Assembly (NCBI GenBank): GCA_964016885.1
Contig: OZ024740.1
Span: 354,330,001-354,394,000, forward strand
Source: Eledone cirrhosa
Taxonomy: Eukaryota
DNA length: 64,000 bases
Direction of reading: 5' to 3'
The notes under the pieces are model-generated. The model had not been told where the DNA came from, searched no databases, and saw nothing but the letters and a program-made list of their open reading frames with translations. How positions within the stretch are numbered: the first letter of the stretch is position 1; every line of letters begins with the position of its first letter. The translations under genes and the position numbers were made by a program. Shown in pieces: positions 41,050 through 53,800 of the stretch.

Positions 41050-41498
41050 CTGTAAAAAGAACATTAAAATCATAAACAGTATAAATCTCTTTAAATTGCT
41101 GCAGAATCCTCCTACTTACCCTTCTTACTACTCTTCAATTATGATAAATCAGTAACACTTCTGCAGAAAAAGCCAACTGAGTACTTATGTATCAGCCATT
41201 TTTATTGTGAACTATACATTAGTATTATTGTTCTGTTCTCTTCAAGCTGTTAGCTTTTTTTTTTTATCTCTATAAAGGTATTTTTAATGTTGAAACTGAC
41301 TCATAATAATTCTTTTTAATTCTTCCACTGTTTTACCATGCAATATTATATTAATATATATGGTATTATTACACCAACAATATTCAGATGAATAAAAGTT
41401 CAAATTTTATTTTGTGTGAATTTAATGTATGTGTGATATATATATATATGTATAATATACATACGTATATGTAAGCACAGTGTAATATAATTACTTAC

Positions 41499-41670
41499 AC
41501 AGTTGTAGTTTTACCAGCTCCATTGTGACCAAGAAAGGATGTAATCTGTCCTTCATAAAACTTCAGGCTTAGACCATCAACAGCAGGCTTCATTCCTTTT
41601 TTGTAAACTTTCTTTAAATCTCTTAATTCAACACCAACTTTGAATGAGTTAGGAACTTTTTCAATTTTGT
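41499..41670 (-). CDS. ABCA1: ABCA1-like exon (NBD1 Walker A)
   Basis: ttag|...|gtaagt; 172 nt, ...[28 protein letters not shown]. Confidence 0.96.
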
Positions 41671-42404
41671 CTAAAACTTAATTATTGAAAAAAAAAAAAA
41701 CAATTTCAGAATAAAGGATGATTTGAATAAGTGTAAGCTAATTCAATGCTTTTCAAATGTAAATTATTGATTTCAAATTCTGTTGAGTAAAGGTAAGAAA
41801 AACAATTCTTAAAAATAAGATTATATAATATAGGAAGTTTGTTGTGTCAGTATTTGGGATCTTTTCATTTTTCTTCTACTTTTCTTTTTCAAATTAACTT
41901 ACAAAATAAAAGACAAGATGCTTTACAAAATTAACAGAAATATGACTATTTTGTCTTCCTATGAAAGATTATTTACAAAAGCCAAGAACCAGGATGACAA
42001 AGATGTGGACTAGGAAGTACATTTCAAAATAATATTTTATTGATTGAGATTACAAAGAGAGCATTTTAAAATATATCTTATAAAGATATTGCCATCATAA
42101 CAATGAAAGCTCAAAAGTCATCTAAATGAACACCTAACTTACAAAGTGATTATTCACACTGAGCAAGATTTGGAGTAGGAATAAAGATTAGCTGCAATAG
42201 TAGTGCAAACTAACAAAACTCTAATTGTCTTAACAACGTTAATTTTTTTACAGTTTAGCACCCATTTATAGCAAGATTAACTGTACCAATGAGAAATGTC
42301 TTGGATATGTTTACTTCTTAATGCTGTTCAGAGTAATAAAATTATGGAGAGGGGATATTTTTTATAATGTATTATATAAAACAGTAAGAAAATTAACAAC
42401 AAAC

Positions 42405-42530
42405 CTTCTTGAGGAAGTTCTGCACTCATTGAATTAAAATTTGATGTATGTTTTATATATTTATATGAATAACCAAACCAATAAGATTTCTGGAAAGGGA
42501 AGTACCATTTCCGAGGAATGCCATATGTTC
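42405..42530 (-). CDS. ABCA1: ABCA1-like exon
   Basis: caag|...|gtttg; 126 nt, GTYGIPRKWYFPFQKSYWFG...ELPQE. Confidence 0.92.
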
Positions 42531-43078
42531 CTTGAATGAAAAGAGAAACCATTTACGTAAATAAAATCAGGCATGTAATTAAAAATAAAATTGACAAAAA
42601 ATGATAATCATAATGAATAATTTAACAAAATAATTGAAGGCAATGAAATTTTGATAAAGATTTTATCAGAAAAATTCATTAAAATGAATCTGAAATAAAA
42701 TCTAGAAATTCTGAATTGAAATAACCCATATTTGTTTTACAATTTAAAAACATTAGTTTGTATATAAAATCAGTAGAAAATCAAGCATAAACTGTTTGTG
42801 ACAAGAACATTAGATTACAATGAACATCTGTTGCTTTAGTGGACTTGAGAAGATAAACTTAGAGACCAAATATCATTTAGTATGATTTTCTATTCTTAAA
42901 ACCTGTTCCTTTATTTTGAACATAAAAAAACTGTACGGCTGAGTAAGAAGCCAGTGTTTACTTTATAAAAATCACTAAAAGCACTAAGGTACATTAATTA
43001 GTACTATAATTATGTATTTTATTAATATATAAATGAGCAATAAATAAGATTCCAGAATGCACTAGAACTATATATTAC

Positions 43079-43283
43079 CTGGAAATACAGCTTCAATATA
43101 CCAACTGAAAACTAAGTATATGAAAGCATCTAGAAGCATCATAATCATACATTGAAGCATGCTAAATTCATCATCAGGCATAGAACTACTGTTGATATTT
43201 GACCACTGTAATCCAACTGCTTGTTCTTCAAAACGAGCAATGTAGTTACAACCAAATCCAAAGGCAACATTTGATGACAAACA
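43079..43283 (-). CDS. ABCA1: ABCA1-like exon (TMD1)
   Basis: gcag|...|gtaat; 205 nt, CLSSNVAFGFGCNYIARFEEQAVGLQW...WYIEAVFP. Confidence 0.95.
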
Positions 43284-45486
43284 CTGCAATATAGGACCAA
43301 CATCTTATTTAAAAATATAATTCAGCAGCATCATAATTTTTTTCATACAATCTAATAATAATTAGATTCTTTACATGGGTTTTTATTCAAAGAACTTTTT
43401 ATTTAATATAATAATTATAATAAAAATATGACTGACATCTTAACCAAAATGTAAACATTATTTTTTGGCAGTATCGGTAGAGGGTCGGACGCCATGCTTT
43501 CCAGCATAGTTACGTCCCTTTACGATCTGAGTTCAAATCCGCCGAGGTTGACTTTGCCTTTCATCCTTACGGGGTCGATAAAATAAAGTACCAGTAATGC
43601 ACTGATGAATTGCTGGCCTTGTGCCTAAAGTAGAAACAATTATTTTTAGCATAGGCAGGAAGGTCAAGCCCCAGATATACATAAAGTACCCAGATATACA
43701 TAAAGTACCAGTAATGCACTGGGTAATTGCTGGCCTTGTGCCTAAAGTAGAAACAATTATTTTCAGCATAGGCAGGAAGGTCAAGCCCCAGATATACAAG
43801 AATTCAGTCTGGTCTTTAATGTAAAATATGTCAGGTATTGTTCTCAACATAAATAACATCAAAATCTCATAGATTCTATATTATGTGAGATTATTATGTA
43901 AGATAAAGCCTTTACCACAAAATTAAAATCGTATATATAGAGTAATGTAAATGCTAAAGGGTTAAACTGGGTGACAAATTAAGCCACAACAGGATTTGAA
44001 CAAAGAAGCTGAATAGATGCTGCAAGGCATCTTTTCAAATGCTCTAACAATTCCACCAATCTACTACCTGAGACTGTTATTTTATTTTATTGACCTTGGA
44101 AGGATGAAAAAAAAAGTTAACCTCAGCAGGTTTTTGGCTGAGAGCAAGATCAAATACTTCAAGGTATTTTGTCCTACACTCTAATAACTTTGTCAATTTG
44201 CTGGCTAAAACTTGAAAGCTGACCAAACTAATGACACAAGAGACGTTACTAATAGGATGTTTATCTGTAGGTTGTGGTTGAATGTAATTTATTGTTTTGA
44301 TAATTCATCATCATCAACTGGCATGGTTTGGACAAGCTGTTATGGTTCAAAACCAGAGAGTGCAGAGCGACCTCATCTTCTTTATACATACCATATTTGG
44401 CATGATTTCTATGGCTGGATGCCCTTCCTAATGCCAACTGCCTTACAAAATGTACTAGATTCATTTTATCATGGCATCAGCACTAACACTTTACATTGTA
44501 CTGAGTGCATTTTATAGTGGCATCAGCACTAGTATAAATGTAAATAACATTGAAATGAAAAGAAAACTAAAAATATTGTGTAATTGAATTACTTACTCTG
44601 GTAATAGGTTTGATGATAATTCAAATAAAACTAAAATTCTTTGAAGTTATCATTATTGGATTTCTAATGAAATACACCACCCATGTGTTTTATTTAATTT
44701 GGAAGAGAACCAAAAATTTGGAGGGATTTAATAAAATAATGAAGTTTTTTTATTAGCAAGCCGATATTTAGAAAGTTAATTTTAAAAAATTCTACAATAA
44801 AATTATAATAAAAAATTTAATATAAGGAAAAGTATTTTAAAGTGAGCAGTTTTATATCATAAATTCAGAGCAGTTTCAGACGATTTGATATTAAAAGAAT
44901 TATATGAATATATAGACTTCCAAGTTCACTAAACTGAAATAATCAAAGGTTTCTGATACTATTCTAAGAAACAAGAAGAGTTAAGTAAAATTGGCACCAT
45001 GTTTAAAATTCCATCAATAAAATAAAACAAGTAAAGTCTTTCATATTTATGCCTTTTTTTTTATTGCTTTGCTTTAGTGTCAGCTTCTAAGTTAGACAAT
45101 TGTAAAATACAGCATAGAAAAAAGATTAATTAAAAGCTAACAATTATTAACAATTGTACTTTTAAGAAGTGTCAAATGAAGTATAAAATATTAATGTATG
45201 TTAGCTTAGAATTAACTGCTTTAATGCAGGTTTTTGACTGAAAAATAGTCAAATAATTTGGACATATAAGCCTGTAGAGACAGGAAAAATTAGACAACAT
45301 TGCATGTCACAAAGATGATGCTATCCATATTTTTCCATCTGTAGGAGTTTATATCATAGTAAAAAAAAAGGTGGCGTTGAAGTAGTTAAAACATTAAAAA
45401 CTGATAATTATTGTTAAATGTTTCATATCATTGAAGGTATATTAAAATAGAAATATTTAAATATTAAAAATTATTTTTTTACTTAC

Positions 45487-45708
45487 AGCAAATCTTTTCA
45501 AAGGCAAAGTCATATAATCTTCCCACTGGACACACATATTGTATGGCAGGTAAATAATATAGTAAATAAAACCACCACATACAGCAGCCAAATTGGCACG
45601 GGAGAAAAACATACTGATCAAGAAACATAATGAAATCGTAGATATACAGAAGCAGAGCATAAATAAGAAAAGCAAACCAGCATCCGAATGCTCAACTACA
45701 TGACCACA
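45487..45708 (-). CDS. ABCA1: ABCA1-like exon (TMD1)
   Basis: ttcag|...|gtaagt; 222 nt, CGHVVEHSDAGLLFLF...FSRANLAAVCGGFIYYIIYLPY...KRFA. Confidence 0.95.
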
Positions 45709-46042
45709 CTGAAATATAAAAATAAGAAAAAAATTAATTGATTAAACCATTAAAGATGTTTTACATATATATCAAGCTGTTTCTCATTTGCATCATATAG
45801 TTTTAGATCATCCATACACAAGAGATGGTTAATTTTCTTGCTGTAGAATTTATAACCAAGTCGATTCTTGTTTAGTATCTCAGATAATGGTGTCAGTGCT
45901 AGGCAGAATATGAGTGGTTAAAGAGAGCCCTCTTGAAATATCCCTCTGTTAAACAGGGTGGGCTCAGTGTTTATAAGTCCATTTTTCTTATGGGTATTCT
46001 CTTACTTTCATTTCAAACATCCTGTTTTTTTCAATTATATAT

Positions 46043-46360
46043 ATCATCATCATTGTAGATTAGCATCTATCTTCCACGCTAGCATGGGTTAGACAGGTTT
46101 GTCCCAATTAGAGACAAGTTGGGTTGGGTGACCGTATCTCACTCATATAAGTGAATTTCTGGCTGGTTTTCTACGGCTGGATGCCCTTCCTAACGCAAAC
46201 CAAATTGACAGTGTGTGCTGGGTGCTTTTTGCCGTGTCTTTTACACATCCACTTTACAGTATTGGCTGAGTGTTTTGGGGCTGGTTTTCTATGGCTGGAT
46301 GCCCTTCCTAATGCCAACCACATTTACAGTGTGTGCTGGGTACTTTTTGTCGTGACACCG
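46043..46360 (-). mobile_element. RTE-3'-end-derived short element (similar copies near 3135, 14010, 17698, 33014, 44306, 55229)
   Basis: Reverse complement of ggttggcattaggaagggcatccagcc..tagaaaacc occurs twice; (ATC)n tail; TA flanks. Confidence 0.75.
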
Positions 46361-46429
46361 ATATATATATATACATATATGAACACACACACATATATGT
46401 ATGTGTGTGTGTTTGAGCATATATATATG

Positions 46430-46468
<39 letters not shown>

Positions 46469-47848
46469 ATGATGTATGTATATGTATGTTTATATTATTA
46501 TTATCATCATTATTATTATTGCAATAACAACAACAATGTAAAAATTAAATATTTAAAACAATTTTTAAAAAAATGGTTTTTCCAGCAAGAAATTACAAGA
46601 AATATGGATTGGTATTTAGAATTTATTTTTATGAATTAAAAATAGATAATAGCTTTTGACATATTCTGATTTTAAAGTCTAATATGATTAGATATTGATC
46701 AAATTTGATTTTAGTATTAAGTAATCATATTCAACCCGCTTGTAGAGACTGATAGTCTAAATGAGATTAATCATATGCAGTTCCATGTGGTTGACACTTT
46801 AAAGAAATGAGCCTTTACAAAAATTAATAGTGTATAATTATTAAGACTTTTTTAATAATAGTTCAATTTGAAAACAAAATTAAGGAATTAAAAAAAAAAC
46901 AATATCTGAAGCTCTTGATTCTCTGATGTCATAGTAATTTTGGATTTCTACATAACAAAACTATGTGAGGCATGCATGTGTGTGTATATATACATACATG
47001 TACACATGCAAACATATCTCAAAACATACACATCCACACATACAATAACATCCATACCTGCACACACACATGCAGACATATCTACCTAGTTGACGCTGTG
47101 TAAATTCCAATGAGAGAGTCTTGTATCTATGTTAGAAACCAACTCTCTCTATGGGTAAACATTTATAAAATTATAAAACCAGAATACCATACCATACCAT
47201 ACCATACCATGTAACACTAGAGAGGTTATCATCTTTGATGTGACTAAAGAGTCATCTCTCCCTATGTTGTTACTCTCTGAACACCAACCATTTTACAGAG
47301 TGTACTAAGAATATTTTATAGTGGCACCAATAGTAGAGAAGTCACATGCTTTCAATACAAATATCATTGAGAGGAGAAAAATAAAATGTTAGTGGTGACT
47401 AGTGATGAAATGAAAAAGATGTATGATTATGAGTGTAATGGGATGGTATGGAATGGAGTAACAGAGAGACTGGGCCACCTTTTATCACTGTAAACAGGAA
47501 CCTTAGGAAAATGTAGCTTAATGTGGTATGTATAGAGTGAGAGTATTGAATAATTGACAAGTGTTTTTTTAAGTTGTGGTGCATAGCCCAAATCTTATGT
47601 TTAGATATGTATTTTTCTAACATTAATAGGGTTAGTCTCTTATTGATAAATAGACAAGACTAAAAATTTATTACATTTGCTTGAATTAAATAAATAAATA
47701 TTGACCTTTCACAAAATGAAACTAATGAGAATCACAATAAGAGAAAAACCAAGTAATTAACTATATAATCACTATGTTTTAAAAAAATGATTTGACAGGA
47801 TTAGAAAAGTATGTTTATGAAATTTACCAGAGATTAAGCAATACTTGC

Positions 47849-48071
47849 CTTTAATGTTATAACAAGAAGTATCACAGAAAGCATCATGATAAAAAAAGCA
47901 TCAATAAACCAAGCCATCCAGTAAACATTGTTCTTTAAACCCATAATCTTCATCACCTCTTTTAATCGTTTTTCCTTCTCATAAACTACATTCTTTACTA
48001 TCATTGCAACAGAAAAGATCCATGCAAGCACCATGAATAGTGGGAGGCTTCTTGAAATGGTTTTCGTAAAT
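47849..48071 (-). CDS. ABCA1: ABCA1-like exon (TMD1), GC donor
   Basis: acag|...AAG|gcaagt; 223 nt, FTKTISRSLPLFMVLAWIFSVAMIVKNVVYEKEKRLKEVMKIMGL...LLVITLK. Confidence 0.92.
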
Positions 48072-50828
48072 CTGTGAACAATAAAGAACAATATCTTTTA
48101 CTGATTAAAACATCTTTTGATTAGGTACATGATATTTTATTAGAGAATAGTTGGTTTGCAACAATATAGGTGATGTATTACATAATGATTAGTCAATGTA
48201 TATGAAAAGATACCTAGACCTATCTACATTTAAACAAATCAGTTTTGTGGATATAAAGAATATATGGAATAGAATAAAAATCTGAGAACCAGATCAGACT
48301 TGAATCAGCATTGCTTTGTTGACACCATTGTATAACTGCCTCTTTTCTATAATTATAATACTTTAAAATCATATAATGAGCTATCAGAAAATATCTACAA
48401 ACAGGTTGTTTAATTTAAATGTTTATAGTATCTTTACTGGTGAACAGACGAACAGATCATTGTGAAAAAGTACAGTAGTAGACTAAAAACTTTAGTTTTT
48501 AATGTGACACATTATAATGTCATTCTAATGCAGCTTTATGTGGTACAGGATGTTAAGAGTTAAACACAAACTAATATAGGAGTGGTCTCACTATTTAATC
48601 TATGACTGCCACTTGAGTTAAAACCAAAACCAAAAATATAACACATCTGCACCAGCTAAGATAAATACAGTCTCAAAGAGTCAAAAGTATAAATATAAAG
48701 ACATTTATATGATGTAGATTTCATCGAGAAAACATTTATGCTAGAGCATGAACAAGAGGATATGGGTTAAAGTCCAACCATGTTTTGGCACTTTTATGTT
48801 ATTTCATACACTCCTTATACATACACGAACACTTAGTTTTCATGTAAACATTTATTCAACAAATATGGTACATGTATGTTTGTTCTGTAAGAATTCAGTG
48901 ATAAAAACCCAAATTTCATGAGAACATTACAATTGAATGATCACACAACTTTGACTTTTCTGGAGATCTTGCCAGATTTGGTGTGACTACAGAATGTACC
49001 GTTACTTTTATAAGTGAGAGATGGGGAGAGTAGGAGAGACAGAGTCAATGACAGTGGGAGTTTGGTTCCATTGTGTTCGGACCTGGTGTATATGTATATA
49101 ATTATTTACTACACCACATTAACTGTATATTTGAAAGTGTTTTTATTACTCCTTTTTAAGTATTCTCACTATCTTATGCTGATTCTTTATTGTTTCAGAT
49201 TATCAGATGACTTTGGCATGAAATAATTATTTCCTTCATATACACCAACAGCAGTAGGAACAGATTCAAATACAAAAGACAATATTTTTTAATTATATCT
49301 TACATGTGATTCACTTTTTGAAACCATTTATGAAGACTATATAGTGTTTATCAAACTATAAAACAATAATGGTTCATGAGAGTAAAATATTTCCTAACTA
49401 TTTAAAAGAAAAGTTAAATTCAAGTACATTGAATAGCTATGCATTTGAGGCTTGATAAGTAGCAATTTTAAATTCAATTTGTGATTATAATATAGGTTGT
49501 CTTTATGATACATTAACATTCAAAATATATTCCCTATCTCCTCACCTATCATAGATTTGTTCAAAACCTTAACATTTTGGTGCTTAGAGAGAAGATATGA
49601 CTTTGATTTTATTTCATCTTCAGACATTATTGTGTTATACAATGCTTAAGTCGGCTTACTGGAGTAACTTTTAATTGTTGAGAAAAGCACATTACTCTTC
49701 TTGAAATACTTGTCCCAGTTGTAATTAAAAATGCACAAATTCATGATTGAATAATTATTGCTAACAAGAGCATTCATCTGTGAAATATTTATTCTGTAAA
49801 TTCGTGCAAATGCACAAATTTATGGGATTCTTTAATATAATATTGGACAGAAAAATAATGAATGTAATTAATTATAAGGTATTAAAATGTTGAGGCAGAC
49901 TAAATATTTTACAGTAGTTTTGTTCCTTTGCATTCCAGTCCATATGTCTTATTCATCCCTCTGAGATGAATAACATAAATGCTAGAATCAATTGATGATC
50001 ATTTTCCCTACAGAAACTTAAGTAACAAATCAATTCATTCTAATATAAGGTGGTAAGTTAGCAGAAACAACAAATTGCTATGTTAAATTCGTTCGTGTAT
50101 TCTATCATTTCAAGTCTCACTGCTGAGATCATTTTAGGCTTTCTTCACTTTAGATAAAAAATTTAAAAAAGTATTAATATACTGGAATTGATTCAATTAG
50201 CTTTACATCTCTACCTCACTGTAAAAATTTGATCTTGCAATTAGTTGGAAGAAATTATTAATAATAGAATTAATAATCTCAAGTTTTCCATATTTGGCTG
50301 ATGAATGTTAAACATGTTTGAATAAGAAATATATAACCGACCACAACAACAAAAAGATTAACTAAAATAAAATAAAAACGATTATTTAGAAATATTACAC
50401 TAAAATAACAGCCAAGAGATTCATTTTTGCTCTCTTTCCAAAAGAACAAAAACAAAATGTAAGTTTCTTTTTTCTTTTAAAAGTGGGAGGAGTTACATTT
50501 TTCTTTATTGTTCAGAGGTAAATACAATAGGAATTAAATAAAAAAGAAAAATCGATGCTACAAAAGTGATATTTGAATGTCTTAATTGATTATATTTAAG
50601 AAGCAATTTATAAGGACATTTCAATTAATCCAAACTATAATTGAAGTAAAACTATAGCAATTTTGCTAACACTTGTGTTTAACAATAAAAAATTATGCAA
50701 AGAATATAAATTATATGTCCCCCACCTCATAAGAGAACTAATTAAATTAAAACAGAATCAGACTCAAACTACACACATAGATGTGTGTTTATATATGTAT
50801 GCATGCACACACATTATATATATATATA

Positions 50829-53800
50829 TTTTGGTCGTATTGAACAGAACAAATTTTGTATTTTTGTTAATCGCTTGTTAAATGCAAGGACCCCATTCAA
50901 TCATTACCTTCTATCTAGCGTATTTTCAAACCTTAATTCCTAACGTATTTTCAAACCTCAATCCCTAATTCTAGCGTATCTTCAAAACAAAAAAACAAAA
51001 TCCTTTCCTTCTTCCTTCTTCGAAGGCATGGGGCGGTCAAACGCCTAACACACACAACCATCATGCGCCCCCCCCTCTCTCTCTCTATATATATATATGA
51101 TAGGAATTCACTTCGCCAAATTTCATTGCTTGCTGTCTCTACCCCACGATATTCATGTAACGTAATGTACAGATTTCATTTCTCTTCCTCCACAAATCCT
51201 AATTCTAGCGTATTTTAATTCTAATTCTAGCGTATTTTCAAAACAATCCATATTTCGTATCAAGTCCAAATAGCCAATCTATCGCTAAAACAAACTACAT
51301 TTTTTGTTTTTATTAATTGTTAAATACGAAAGTTTTTGGTCGTATTGAACAGAACAAATTTTGTATTTTTGTTAATCGCTTGTTAAATGCAAGGACCCCA
51401 TTCAATCATTACCTTCTATCTAGCTACCCAACACCCCTCCCTCCCACCCCCACCATTGCTATTACGTGGACCAATCATAAAACAGAGCCCCCACGCATCA
51501 CCAGTATTATTACGCGGACCAATCAGAAGCCAGAGGCCTATACTATCGCTTGCCTGGTTGCCTTTCGATATATGATGGATGGATGGACTGCGGAATCCTG
51601 GAGAGTGGAGGAGAGAGAGAGAAAAATCTGGACGCTCAAGCGACAATGCCAAAGATAAAGACAAATTCACCTCTTGGACGAGAATGCGAGCACTCATTGT
51701 TTCGACCGCGGACGGCTAACATAACCCCATCGCCCCCCGCCCCCCACCGCCCCCAACCCCCAAACGCAATCCAAAACTTCAGAGTTGGTACCATAAATGT
51801 AGGCACCCTAAAGGGTCGCGCTAACGAGGTTGTAGAAATGCTTGAACGTAAGGAGGTCGATGTTTGTTGTATTCAAGAGACCAGGTGGAGGGGTGGGTCT
51901 GCTAGGTTCATTGAGGGTAAAAAACGATGTTATAAGCTTTTCTGGGTGGGAAACGACGATGGGCTGGGTGGAGTAGGAATCATGGTAGCAGAAAAGTGGG
52001 CAGATAAGATAATAGACGTAAATAGAGTGAACGACAGAATAATTAAAATACGACTTGTCCTCAATAGAACTACGGTGACAGTAATATCTGCGTACGCACC
52101 CCAATCCGGACTGCCCGGCACTATAAAAGACAGATTCTATGAGACACTGATGCTAACTACCTCCCAAATATCCGACAGTGACTATATAATTATCGCAGGC
52201 GACCTAAATGGTCACGTTGGACAACATTGTGACGGCTACGACGAAATCCATGGAGGCTATGGGTTTGGTACTAGAAATGAGGAAGGCTCCAGAATCCTGG
52301 AATTCTGTGATGCAAATAACCTAACTATCTGTAACACTAACTTCAAAAAACGTGACAATCACCTGATCACCTATAGATCCGGGGAACACACAAGCCAGGT
52401 AGATTATATCCTTACCAGAAGACGTGACAGAGTGTCTGTTGTAAACACTAAATCCCTCCCCCATGAAGAATGCACCTCCCAACATAGACTGATAATTAGC
52501 GACCTCATAGTCAGGACGAGACGTACTCGACAGCAGAAGAGGACTATCCTCAGGAGAAAAATATGGAAGCTAAAGGACCCCACAGCCAGGAATAAATTTC
52601 AAAGCATATTACTTGATGCTTTCGACAGTAAGGAAGAACATTTAGAGTCGGACAATATAGAGGGAGAGTGGGAATTTCTGAAAGCAAACCTGCTGTTGGC
52701 GACAGACGAAGTCTGTGGCTGGAGCAGGCCTGTAGGCAGGAGGAGAGTAACATGGTGGTGGAACAGTAAGGTGGAGGGGTCAATTAAGGCCAAAAAGCAG
52801 GCTTGGAAAGTATGGCGGGTTGGGGGAAGTAGAGAAGACTATCAAGTGGCCAGGAGGGAAGCTAGGAGACAAGTGTACTTAGCAAGAAGGGAAGCTGAGG
52901 AAAGAAAGTTCAAGCATGTTCTACAACGCGATGACCAAAAACGTGAGGTGTTCAGGATTGCTAGGCAATGCGTCAAGGAAAACCGTGATATTGTCGGGGA
53001 GAAGTGTGTACTAAACGACGATGGCACACTTGCCATCACCGACGCTGATAAGAAGGTAGCTTGGAAGTGTCACTATGAAAGGCTACTAAATGAGGAGAAT
53101 AAATGGGAGAAAGACAGTCTCCCCCATATCGACCCAATAGAGGGACCAGCAGTGTTAGTCGAGGGGAGTATAATAAGTAAGGCAATCAAGGATATGAAGA
53201 CGGGTAAGGCGGCTGGGCCTTCGGAAATAGTTGCTGAGATGCTGAAGGCATCTGGCACGGTGGGACACACCATGGTCACCCGCATAGTTAACCAAGTCGT
53301 ACAGAATGGGGTTGTTCCGAAGGACTGGCATAGCAGCATCATCGTTAACTGTTATAAGGGTAAAGGAGACGCCCTAGATAGGAGTAACTATAGAGGCATT
53401 AAATTAATCGACCAGGTCATGAAGGTCACGGAAAAAGTAATAGCGCAACTAATCAGAGAGAGAATTGACCTAGATGAAATGCAGTTCGGGTTTGTGTCAG
53501 GCAAAAGTACCACAGACGCTCTTTTCATAGTACGACAACTACAGGAGAAGTACCTAGCTAAAGGTAAACCCCTCTACTTAGCTTTTGTCGACTTGGAGAA
53601 AGCCTTCGACAGAGTCCCCCGCTCCATTATCTGGTGGGCTCTTAGAAAACTAGGCGTTGACGAATGGCTTGTGAGGGCTATACAAGCCATGTATAAAGAA
53701 ACAGTCAGCAAGGTTAGAATTAACAACGAATATAGTGAAGAGTTTAGCGTAAAAGTTGGCGTCCATCAGGGCTCTGTTCTCAGCCCACTACTATTTATTA

